From assembly GCA_041568755.1 (NCBI GenBank), contig JBFFZF010000003.1, forward strand, positions 1-58,930: a stretch of DNA of 58,930 nt, in the 5' to 3' direction. Under the pieces are notes generated by a model. The model searched no databases and had not been told where the DNA came from. It saw nothing but the letters and a program-made list of their open reading frames with translations. This document shows, in pieces, positions 1 through 8,198 of this stretch. The position numbers and the translations under genes were made by a program. The first letter of the stretch is position 1; every line of letters starts with the position of its first letter. This stretch comes from Longimicrobiales bacterium. Its GTDB lineage: Bacteria; Gemmatimonadota; Gemmatimonadetes; Longimicrobiales; RSA9.

Positions 1-1
1 C

Positions 2-706
2 GCGATCGGCCGCGCGCTGATGGCGGAGCGTATCGCGGCGGTCGCGCGGACCGTGAACCCGACCCTGCGGCTGGTCGTGCGCACGCGCTACGAGGCGGAG
101 GCCCAGCCGTTGCACGAGGTGGGCGCCGACCGCGTCATCACGGAAGAGCTGGAGAGCATACTGCAGCTCTTCACCGAAGTGCTCCGCACCTACCGACTCG
201 ACCCCGCCGAGATCGATGCTCGCGAGGAGGCGATGCGCAGGGGCGACTATGCAGGCCTGCGCAGCGAGGGTCCGGTGCCCGGAGACCGTCTCGCAGCGTG
301 CGCGATCGATGCGCGCGTGCCGCGCCCGCCGGCCGGAGCCGGGACCGGCAAGGCCTTTGCGCACACGGCGCGCAGCGCTGAGACCCCGGAGATGCGGCGT
401 CAAGGCGGCGGCATCGACACCGAGGCGCTGGTCGATCTACAGCCCGATCCCGCCGCCGCGTGCACGCACCTTACCACGATCCGGAGCGTCACGCCGAGTG
501 CCCGTGGGTGTGAAGCCTGCCTGCGCACCGGAGACCGCTGGGTTCACCTGCGCATCTGCATGACATGCGGGCACGTCGGCTGCTGTGACACGTCTCCCAA
601 CCGTCATGCCACGGCGCACCACCGCGCGACGGGCCATCCGGTCGTGCGCTCGATGCAGCCGGGGGAGAAATGGGGCTGGTGCTACGTCGATGAGCTCCGA
701 CTGTGA
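2..706 (+). CDS. 5'-truncated protein: end of a TrkA-N/RCK (Kef-type antiporter regulatory) domain fused to a C-terminal UBP-type zinc finger
   Basis: Frame is open from the window edge. 'ARTVNPTLRLVVRTRY...LHEVGADRVITEELE' is RCK-like. 'CTHL...GCEACLRTGDRWVHLRICMTCGHVGCCDTSPNRHATAHH...HPVVRS...WGWCYVD' matches bacterial zf-UBP. Confidence 0.75.
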   Translation, partial: AIGRALMAERIAAVARTVNPTLRLVVRTRYEAEAQPLHEVGADRVITEELESILQLFTEVLRTYRLDPAEIDAREEAMRRGDYAGLRSEGPVPGDRLAACAIDARVPRPPAGAGTGKAFAHTARSAETPEMRRQGGGIDTEALVDLQPDPAAACTHLTTIRSVTPSARGCEACLRTGDRWVHLRICMTCGHVGCCDTSPNRHATAHHRATGHPVVRSMQPGEKWGWCYVDELRL

Positions 707-761
707 TGACGGGCGCGTGCCATGGCCGGCGGCTGCAGCCGCCAGTGCACCCGCCGGCGTT

Positions 762-1238
762 TCACTCGCAGATGTAGCACACGCCCACCCCATCCACGGG
801 CTGCGGCGGATCCCGCTCGGCATTCACGAGGCAAAGGAACCCGAACGGCTCGTCCGCATCGTCCGCCGTCCGGAACTGGTGCGGATCGAGCGGCGCGATG
901 TAGACGACGTCGCCGATGTGGACCTCGTAGATGTAACAGCCGAATTGCACGATGCCACGACCCCGGATCGGAATCACGACGTGTTCGTGTGCGTGCTTCT
1001 CCAGCGTGCTGTACCCACCCGGCGCGATCTCGAAGTAGCGCACATGAAACTGCTGCGATTCGCCTCGCTTGCCCGACAACTCGCGCCGCGTCACACCCTT
1101 CCAGTGCTCCGTCGTCGCCTTGTACGGCTCGAGCGGGATCCCCTTCCAGGTGAAGTCCCCCGCGTGCCGGATGACCTTGCTGTGGTTGCCTTCCAGCCCG
1201 GGTGGCGCCGGGGCGCCCGTCTGCTCCGTTCGTTCCAC
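762..1238 (-). CDS. Cupin-domain protein
   Basis: Cupin motif 1 'RYFEIAPGGYSTLEKHAHEHVVIPIRGRG' and motif 2 'GDVVYIAPLDPHQF'. Confidence 0.85.
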   Translation of the reverse strand: MERTEQTGAPAPPGLEGNHSKVIRHAGDFTWKGIPLEPYKATTEHWKGVTRRELSGKRGESQQFHVRYFEIAPGGYSTLEKHAHEHVVIPIRGRGIVQFGCYIYEVHIGDVVYIAPLDPHQFRTADDADEPFGFLCLVNAERDPPQPVDGVGVCYICE

Positions 1239-1441
1239 GGTCCATCACTCCTTCAGCATGGCCACGCTCCGGCCACACGGCCGGGATGCGCCTCCAATGG
1301 TCACAATCGAGGCACGGCCGGGTCCACGCAACCTGCCACCAGCCGGTCCATCGGTGGGTGCCGCGGGCCAGCGTGCGCCATGGACGGCGAGGAGCCCGCT
1401 CGCCATCATGACGGGTCGCGCAACCTTTCCGGAGGCCCCTG

Positions 1442-2677
1442 ATGCTGACAGCCCGTTCCCGCCTCGCCCTCGTCCGCGGTTCTCTGCTCCTCGGCCTGGC
1501 CTCTCTGCTGTCCATGGGGGTCTACGGCATCGAACAAGCCATCGGACAGGGCCAGCAGGATCCGCTCGCCGAGCCGTTCCGCGGCATCACAACGGACGGG
1601 ACCGTCATGCCCGGGCTGTACACGATCCGCGCGACCGGCGTGACGACCGCGCCTGTCCGGGACGCCGCGCAGGCCTTCCTGGGCTCACTCAGCGCCGAGC
1701 AGCGTGCCAGAACGCTGTTTCCCGTCGACCACGTCGAGTGGCGCCGGTGGAACAACGTGCACCGCTATGCACGCGAAGGCATGAGCTTCCGGGAGATGGA
1801 GCCGGCGCAGAAGGAGCGTGCGTGGGGACTGCTCACCGCCGGCCTGAGCGCCCGCGGTCTGGAGACCTCCCGCGGCATCATGCGCCTGAACGGATACGTC
1901 GCCGACCTGCGTGACGACCACGAGGCGTACGGCGATGACCTGTACTTCATCACCGTCATGGGCGAGCCCTCCGCCACCGAGCCGTGGGGCTGGCAACTGG
2001 ATGGCCACCACCTGATCATCAACTACTTCGTGCTGGGCGACCAGGTCGTGATGACACCGACCTTCATGGGCTCCGAGCCGGTCTCCGCGGAAACGGGACG
2101 TTATGCGGGCACGACGGTGCTGCAGACCGAGCAGACGCGCGGCGAAGCGCTCATGCGCGCGCTCAGTCCGGAGCAGCGCGCCCGCGCGACGATCGAGCCC
2201 GAGAAGGTCCGCAACCACGCGCAGGCACAGGCGTTCCGGGACAACCTCACGCTTGCGTACGCCGGCCTGCCCGCGTCCGACATGGATGCGGCGCAGCGCG
2301 AGCTGCTCCTGGCGCTGATCGAGCAGCACATCGGTAACCTGCGCGAGGGGCACGCCAGAGTGCGCATGGCGGAGATCCGCCGGCGTCTGGACGCGACGTG
2401 GTTCGCCTGGATCGGCGGCTACGGGCCGGAAGACGTGTACTACTACCGCGTGCACAGCCCCGTCGTGCTCATCGAGTTCGACCACCAGAGTCCCGTCGCG
2501 CTGGAAGGGCCGCGCGGCGTTCCGACGCGCGCGCACGTGCACAGCCTGGTGCGCACGCCGAACGGGAACGACTACGGGAAGGACCTGCTGCGGCAGCACT
2601 ACGAGGCCAACCGGGACAACCCGGACCACGGTCACACGCACGACCGCTTCGACGCGGCCAGGGCGCCGCGCAAATAA
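1442..2677 (+). CDS. DUF3500-like exported protein
   Basis: Hydrophobic N-terminus. Motifs 'EPWGWQLDGHHL', 'TPTFMGSEP', 'YYRVHSPVVLIEFD' and 'HVHSLVRTPNGNDYG' are typical of DUF3500. GGAGG SD upstream. Confidence 0.75.
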   Translation: MLTARSRLALVRGSLLLGLASLLSMGVYGIEQAIGQGQQDPLAEPFRGITTDGTVMPGLYTIRATGVTTAPVRDAAQAFLGSLSAEQRARTLFPVDHVEWRRWNNVHRYAREGMSFREMEPAQKERAWGLLTAGLSARGLETSRGIMRLNGYVADLRDDHEAYGDDLYFITVMGEPSATEPWGWQLDGHHLIINYFVLGDQVVMTPTFMGSEPVSAETGRYAGTTVLQTEQTRGEALMRALSPEQRARATIEPEKVRNHAQAQAFRDNLTLAYAGLPASDMDAAQRELLLALIEQHIGNLREGHARVRMAEIRRRLDATWFAWIGGYGPEDVYYYRVHSPVVLIEFDHQSPVALEGPRGVPTRAHVHSLVRTPNGNDYGKDLLRQHYEANRDNPDHGHTHDRFDAARAPRK

Positions 2678-2694
2678 CGCGGTCTTGTGGCGCG

Positions 2695-4428
2695 TCAATC
2701 GGCCGCGCCTTCCCGGAACGCGTTCGTGATCGGGAGACGCCGGTCCTTGCCGAACGCGCGTGGCGTGATCTTCACGCCAGGCGGCGCCTGGCGCCGCTTG
2801 TACTCGCTCAGATCGACGAGCCGCGCAACGCGTCGAACGATCGCCTCGTCGAACCCGGCGTCCACGATCTCCTGGATGCTGCGATCGTCCTCGACGTAGA
2901 GCGCCAGGATCGGGTCCAGCACGTCGTACGGGGGCAGGGAATCGGCGTCCTTCTGATCAGGTCGCAACTCCGCGGAGGGCGGCTTCTCGATCACGGTCTG
3001 CGGAATCACCGGTTGCGCGCCCTGCGCGTTGCGCCATCTCGCCATCTCGTAGACGAGCGTCTTCGGCACATCACGGATCACCGCGAACCCGCCCGCCATG
3101 TCACCGTACAGGGTGGCGTAACCGGTCGCCAGTTCGCTCTTGTTGCCGGTCGTCAGCAACAGCCAACCGAACTTGTTCGACAACGCCATCAGCAGCGTGC
3201 CCCTGATGCGTGCCTGCAGGTTCTCTTCCGTGACATCCTCGGGGCAGCCGGCAAACGTGTCTTTCAAGACCTGGAGGAAAGAGGTGTGCACCGGCTCGAT
3301 CGGCAGGGTCAGGACGCGGATCCCGAGGGCCTCGGAGAGGGCCGCGGCGTCCGTCCGGCTACCCTCGGACGAGTAGCGGGACGGCATGGACACACCGGTC
3401 ACCGCGTCGGCCCCCAACGCGTCCACCGCGACCGCGGCGACCAGGCTCGAGTCGATGCCGCCGGACAGGCCCAGGACGACGGCCGAGAAGCCGTTCTTCC
3501 GCACGTAATCGCGCGTGCCGAGCACGAGCGCACGGTAGGCTTCCTCCAGATCGTCGTGCGTGGCCGGCCCGGGGCGGGCCGGCCGCATGGACGCGCCCGC
3601 GGCTGGCGTCGAGGACAGCACCGTCCGCTCGACGTCCCCGGAAACCGACGTAGCGTCCTGGCGCCGCGGTTCCTGGAGCCGGGCGCGGAAGACTTCTTCG
3701 AGCTCGATATCGCAGACCAGTAGTGCGGGCTCGAACGTCGGCGCCTCTGCCACGATCTCCCCAGTTGGATCGACGACGAGGCTGCCCCCATCGAAGACCA
3801 GTTCGTCCTGCCCCCCGACCAGATTCACGTAGGCGATCGCCACACCGTAGTCGGCCGCACGCGTGGCCAGCAGCCGCTGGCGCTCCCGCCACTTGCCGCG
3901 GTGGTACGGCGACGCGTTGATGTTGACGATCACCTCCGCGCCGGCCGAGGCCATCCGCGCGACGGGGCCGCCGGGCAGCCACAGGTCTTCGCAGATGCTG
4001 ACGCCGACCCAGGCGCCTCCCACCAGAAACACGCGCTCGCCGGTACCGGGCGTGAAGTACCGGAGCTCGTCGAAGACGCCGTAGTTGGGGAGGCGCTGCT
4101 TGCGCACGGTCCCCACCCACGTCCCGTCGTGGAGGACAGCCGCCGCGTTATACAACTCGGCGCCGCGCTCCGGGAACCCGATCGCGACCGTCAAACCCCG
4201 GGTCCCGCCCGCCAGGCGCTCGACCGTGCGCCGGCACGCTGTCACGAAGGACGGCTTCAGGAGCAGGTCCTCCGGCGGGTATCCGCTCACGCACAATTCC
4301 GGAAACGCCAGGAACTGCACCCCGGCCTCCCGGGCCTCATCGATCCGCTCGAGGATGACCCGGGCGTTGCCCTCCAGGTCCCCGACCGTGGCGTTCACCT
4401 GCGCCAGTCCGATTCGCAGCCGACCCAT
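2695..4428 (-). CDS. nadE: Glutamine-dependent NAD+ synthetase
   Basis: N-terminal nitrilase domain (FPEL, 'LPNYGVFDE', 'ICEDLW') plus synthetase domain ('GLSGGIDSS', 'ENLQARIRG', 'TGNKSE', 'PSAELRPDQKD'). Confidence 0.96.
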   Translation of the reverse strand: MGRLRIGLAQVNATVGDLEGNARVILERIDEAREAGVQFLAFPELCVSGYPPEDLLLKPSFVTACRRTVERLAGGTRGLTVAIGFPERGAELYNAAAVLHDGTWVGTVRKQRLPNYGVFDELRYFTPGTGERVFLVGGAWVGVSICEDLWLPGGPVARMASAGAEVIVNINASPYHRGKWRERQRLLATRAADYGVAIAYVNLVGGQDELVFDGGSLVVDPTGEIVAEAPTFEPALLVCDIELEEVFRARLQEPRRQDATSVSGDVERTVLSSTPAAGASMRPARPGPATHDDLEEAYRALVLGTRDYVRKNGFSAVVLGLSGGIDSSLVAAVAVDALGADAVTGVSMPSRYSSEGSRTDAAALSEALGIRVLTLPIEPVHTSFLQVLKDTFAGCPEDVTEENLQARIRGTLLMALSNKFGWLLLTTGNKSELATGYATLYGDMAGGFAVIRDVPKTLVYEMARWRNAQGAQPVIPQTVIEKPPSAELRPDQKDADSLPPYDVLDPILALYVEDDRSIQEIVDAGFDEAIVRRVARLVDLSEYKRRQAPPGVKITPRAFGKDRRLPITNAFREGAAD

Positions 4429-4501
4429 TCCGCTGTGACGCCTCCTTTCCTGCGTCCGATGATCCCCGGCGGGAACTCCCGGCGCAAGCCGTCGTATCTC
4501 G

Positions 4502-4531
4502 TTGAACGCCGGGACGTCCGTGCGTTATCTT
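4502..4531 (+). promoter_or_regulatory. Candidate sigma70 promoter for lgt
   Basis: TTGAAC-N18-TATCTT, ~50 bp upstream of the lgt ATG in the nadE/lgt divergent spacer. Confidence 0.4.
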
Positions 4532-4579
4532 GCCCGCGCGCCAGACAAGCCACCCAGCGAACGGAGCCCGGCCCCCGAC

Positions 4580-5446
4580 ATGTACCCCGTCATCTTCAGG
4601 ATCGGCGATTTCCCGATCACCAGCTTCGGCCTCATGATGTTCCTGTCGTTCCTGGTCGGGGCATGGGTGCTGGGCCGCCAGCTCGAACGCTACGGCCTCG
4701 ACGGCAAGCTCGCATGGGACCTCCTCGCCGGCATGGCCATCGGCGGGATCGTGGGCGCCCGGCTCTACTACATCGGCCTCCATTTCGATGATTTCCTGGC
4801 CAACCCCATGGGCGAGCTGCTCGCCAGGGGCGGCCTGGTCTGGTACGGCGGCTTCATGGGAGGCGTGTTCGGCTACTGGGTCCAGATCCGCAAGCGAGAC
4901 CTGCCGATGGCCGTCATGTTCGACGCCACCGCGCCAGCCCTCGCCATCGCCTACGCCGTGGGCCGACTCGGGTGCTTCCTCGTGGGGGACGACTATGGCA
5001 TCCCGACCGACAGCTGGATCGGCATCGCCTTCCCCGACGGGTCTCCACCCACGACCGCCGGATACCTGCGTTCCGTGGGCGCCGACGTGCCCGCCGGGAT
5101 CCCCGATACCGAGATCCTGCGCGTCCACCCCACGCAGCTCTACGAGATCGCCGCCGGCCTGGCCATGTTCGCCGTCCTGTGGCGCTACGCCGCGACGCCC
5201 CACCGGGCCGGCCAACCGTTCGCCCTGTTCCTCATGCTTTACGCCGTCGAGCGGTTCCTCGTCGAGTTCGTCCGGGCCAAGGGCGACCGGATCCTGATGG
5301 GTCTGTCCACCTCGCAGATCGCGAGTCTGCTCCTGCTCGCCCTCGGCACCTGGGTTTTCGCGACGCGGAAGGGCAAGGTCATCCAGCAGCCTTTGCCCCC
5401 ACCCGGGGCCGGCCGTCGCCCGGCCGCTCGATCTGCCTCCGGCTGA
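4580..5446 (+). CDS. lgt: Prolipoprotein diacylglyceryl transferase
   Basis: 'MYPVIFRIG', 'GARLYY', 'GGLVWYGG', 'GRLGCF', 'HPTQLYE', 'RFLVEFVR'. Start moved from the track TTG to ATG 4580. Confidence 0.93.
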   Translation: MYPVIFRIGDFPITSFGLMMFLSFLVGAWVLGRQLERYGLDGKLAWDLLAGMAIGGIVGARLYYIGLHFDDFLANPMGELLARGGLVWYGGFMGGVFGYWVQIRKRDLPMAVMFDATAPALAIAYAVGRLGCFLVGDDYGIPTDSWIGIAFPDGSPPTTAGYLRSVGADVPAGIPDTEILRVHPTQLYEIAAGLAMFAVLWRYAATPHRAGQPFALFLMLYAVERFLVEFVRAKGDRILMGLSTSQIASLLLLALGTWVFATRKGKVIQQPLPPPGAGRRPAARSASG

Positions 5447-5489
5447 GCGAACTTGTTGAAAAAGCCATATTTCACAGCACAATCCGATT

Positions 5490-5525
5490 CTGGAACATGG
5501 CCGTATCCATAGTTCCAGGAACTAT
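5490..5525. repeat. Overlapping inverted repeats in an AT-rich spacer between convergent genes
   Basis: Bulged hairpin CTGGAACATGG..CCATAGTTCCAG (5490-5518) overlaps a perfect 8-1-8 palindrome ATAGTTCC-A-GGAACTAT (5509-5525). Confidence 0.6.
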
Positions 5526-5602
5526 TTACATAGCTCTAGATCATCCATCTTGTCAGACGTGGAATCCCGGCAATCTCTGTGCAGATGTCGGGCGGCGAGG
5601 AG

Positions 5603-7342
5603 TCAGTTGCCTATGCGGATGGTCCGGCGGGAGTCGGCCGCCTTTCCGGTCGTCGGGTCCGCGATCTGGAGGGCCACGACCTTCAGTCCCGAGTCGGACG
5701 GGTCCAGGAAGAGATCGACGGCCAGAAGCCCGGTCCCGTCCGGACGGGCGGTGGCAGCCCACTCGAGGCGCGGCGGAGGCGCCGGGTCGTGCAGGCCCAG
5801 CTTGTCCCCGATCCAGGACACGACGCGCCCGGCGAGCGAGGGTCGGTCGCCTCGTTCCAGGGATAAGCGGACCTGGAACGGGGAGCCCGGCGTGAGGCCG
5901 GCTACCTCCGCATAGATCCCGATCGTGTCGGCCGCGGGGAACGACAGAAATGCCGCGGGCTGGAAGCGCGGGTCGGACCGGCCGGTCGGTACTGCCCCTC
6001 GCCAGGGCTGCGTGATGACGGGGTCGGAGAGCATCGGTCCGGAGCCGACCGTATCGATCCGGACGGCGTAGCGGGCACGCGCGGCGGCCTCGCGTTCCGG
6101 ATCCAGGGCCTCGATGGAGTAGACGTATTCACCCGTGGCGAGCGCGGCCTCGAAGCCGAACCGGAGGGAATCGCGGTCCAGCCGGCGGTCTTCCGCGCGG
6201 TCCGTGACGGTTTCGAAGACGCCGTCGAGCACGCGAAGGCCGGTCATGACCGTCCGGCCATCGGCAGCGCTGTCGGACAGGAAGACGCCATCCACACGGA
6301 GGACCGCGCCGTCGGGTCCCGGGAAGCGGGAGACCTGATGGGGCATGGCGCGCACGCGGCGGACGGTCACAGGAGCGTACCCGCTCCTGCTGCGGGTGGC
6401 CTCGAGTTCCCATGGCTCGCCGGGCGCCGGCGTCGGCAGGGGTCCGCCGGTCAGCAGATCTTCCGGGACCCAGGCCAGCTGATCCGGATCGTAGTGCTCG
6501 GTCAGTGAACCGCGCGACGTCCCCCAGCCCGGCGACCGTGTGCGGCTGTTCGGAATCCCGTATCGGACCGTCAGCTGCACGAGGTCCTCACCCCAGCGAA
6601 CCATGTCCTGGACGACGGGCGTGTGGGAGAGGATGCGCGACCATACGTGGCGCGCGAGGTGCTCGTTCCTCCGCTCGTTGCCAGGTGTCAGGTAGAGGGG
6701 ATCGGACATCCTCCACAGCCGCTCCTCGAAGACGCGGCGCTCTGCCGGATCCAGCTTCCGGTAGGCGCCACGATCCGCAGCACCCAGCAGCCACTCCACG
6801 GAGTAGATCCGGCGCAGCTCCGCAGGCTCGAGACGGGGAAGGGCGATCGCGAAGTAACGTTCTGCAGCCGTGTCGCGGCCGGCCGCGTGCAGGGCGAACC
6901 CGACGAGGAGCGGCCCCCAGAGCGAATCCCGCGATTCGGCGAAGAAGAGCCGGGCAGCCGGCACGGCCTCCGCAGCGCGGTCGTCTTCGATGAGGTAGCG
7001 CACGAGCGGGGCCGCGGTCGGGAAATCGCCGGGGAGCCAGGAAAACGCGTGCCGCAGCGCTTCGATGGCCGTGCGCCGGGCATCCACGACTGCAACGGGC
7101 TCGGGCGCCGGGTCGGGCAGCCGGCCCGAATCGTAGATCAGGCAGAACCGGCCGATGCGCTCATCGCAGCGCGAGCCGTCCCCGCCGCCGAGCCGGATGG
7201 GAGCCATGCTGCGCGACAGGCGCTCGAACCGCACTTCGGCCCGGCGCGCAACGTCACGCAGCCTGCGAATCGAATCCGCGTCCACGGGACGGGCCGCGGT
7301 CGCCTGGGCGGCCGCCAGGGCGAGGAGAAGGACGGCGCTCAC
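5603..7342 (-). CDS. Exported hypothetical protein, GWxTD-domain-like
   Basis: Signal peptide (MSAVLLLALAAAQATA). 'LWRMSDPLYLTPGNERRNEHLAR...RWGEDLVQLTVRYGIP' resembles the GWxTD domain core. C-terminus is beta-rich. Confidence 0.6.
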   Translation of the reverse strand: MSAVLLLALAAAQATAARPVDADSIRRLRDVARRAEVRFERLSRSMAPIRLGGGDGSRCDERIGRFCLIYDSGRLPDPAPEPVAVVDARRTAIEALRHAFSWLPGDFPTAAPLVRYLIEDDRAAEAVPAARLFFAESRDSLWGPLLVGFALHAAGRDTAAERYFAIALPRLEPAELRRIYSVEWLLGAADRGAYRKLDPAERRVFEERLWRMSDPLYLTPGNERRNEHLARHVWSRILSHTPVVQDMVRWGEDLVQLTVRYGIPNSRTRSPGWGTSRGSLTEHYDPDQLAWVPEDLLTGGPLPTPAPGEPWELEATRSRSGYAPVTVRRVRAMPHQVSRFPGPDGAVLRVDGVFLSDSAADGRTVMTGLRVLDGVFETVTDRAEDRRLDRDSLRFGFEAALATGEYVYSIEALDPEREAAARARYAVRIDTVGSGPMLSDPVITQPWRGAVPTGRSDPRFQPAAFLSFPAADTIGIYAEVAGLTPGSPFQVRLSLERGDRPSLAGRVVSWIGDKLGLHDPAPPPRLEWAATARPDGTGLLAVDLFLDPSDSGLKVVALQIADPTTGKAADSRRTIRIGN

Positions 7343-7383
7343 GCCCCGGCCTCCGCGCTGATGGATCCCGGCGAGTCGGCCCG

Positions 7384-7412
7384 TTGACGGTCGATCCTGT
7401 CAGGACTAACTT
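7384..7412 (+). promoter_or_regulatory. Sigma70-type promoter for the TPR gene
   Basis: TTGACG-N17-TAACTT, ~80 bp upstream of ATG 7491. Confidence 0.6.
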
Positions 7413-7490
7413 TCAATGCTGTCGCATCCTGCCGCCCGCGGCCCGATCCTGGCTGTGGGCGGTTGACGCTCATTGAGATCAAGAAACCCC

Positions 7491-8195
7491 ATGGCGCGTC
7501 ACCCCACAGCGCACCGCGTTCCGCGCGATACGGCGGCCGAGGCGGAAGACAATTTCGTCACCCGCGTCCTCGAGAGTTCGGCGTGGGCCAAGGAGAACGT
7601 CCGCACGTTGACCGTCGCGGCGATCCTCGTCGGCGTGCTTCTCGCCAGCATCACGTATTACCGGAACTACACCATCAGGTTGCGGGACCGCGCGGAGACG
7701 GAGTTGACGGCCATCCGGCCGACGGTCCTGAGCGGGAACGCCCCGCTGGCCGTGCGCGACCTCGAGGGGTTCCTGGGTCGCTATGGCAGTTCGCCGACCG
7801 CGCGCGAGGCGCGACTCATGCTGGCGCAGGCCTACCTCGAGACGGGCCAGGCGCAAAGCGCCGTCGATCAGGTCCGCGAACTGGCCGAGCAGCCGGGCCA
7901 GCCCATGGGTTTCTCCGCGGGCATGCTCCTCGGGGCGGCGTACGAGGCGCTCGCCCAGCCGGACGAGGCGGCCGCGGCCTATCTGCGGATCGCGGACGGC
8001 GCCCGGTTCACGTTCCAGAAGGCGGGCGCGCTGGATGCGGCCGCCCGTGTCCGGTTCGAGCAGGGCAATCCGACGGCGGCCGTGCAGATCTACGATCGCA
8101 TCCTCAGCCTGCTTCCGGAGGATGACCCGGATCGTCCCATCTACGAGTTGCGGCGCGCCGAGGCGGCCGCGCGCACAACGACGACGACCGGCTGA
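7491..8195 (+). CDS. Membrane-anchored tetratricopeptide-repeat protein (YfgM-like)
   Basis: Single N-terminal TM helix (LTVAAILVGVLLASITYY) followed by Ala/Leu-rich TPR helices. Confidence 0.75.
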   Translation: MARHPTAHRVPRDTAAEAEDNFVTRVLESSAWAKENVRTLTVAAILVGVLLASITYYRNYTIRLRDRAETELTAIRPTVLSGNAPLAVRDLEGFLGRYGSSPTAREARLMLAQAYLETGQAQSAVDQVRELAEQPGQPMGFSAGMLLGAAYEALAQPDEAAAAYLRIADGARFTFQKAGALDAAARVRFEQGNPTAAVQIYDRILSLLPEDDPDRPIYELRRAEAAARTTTTTG

Positions 8196-8198
8196 GTT

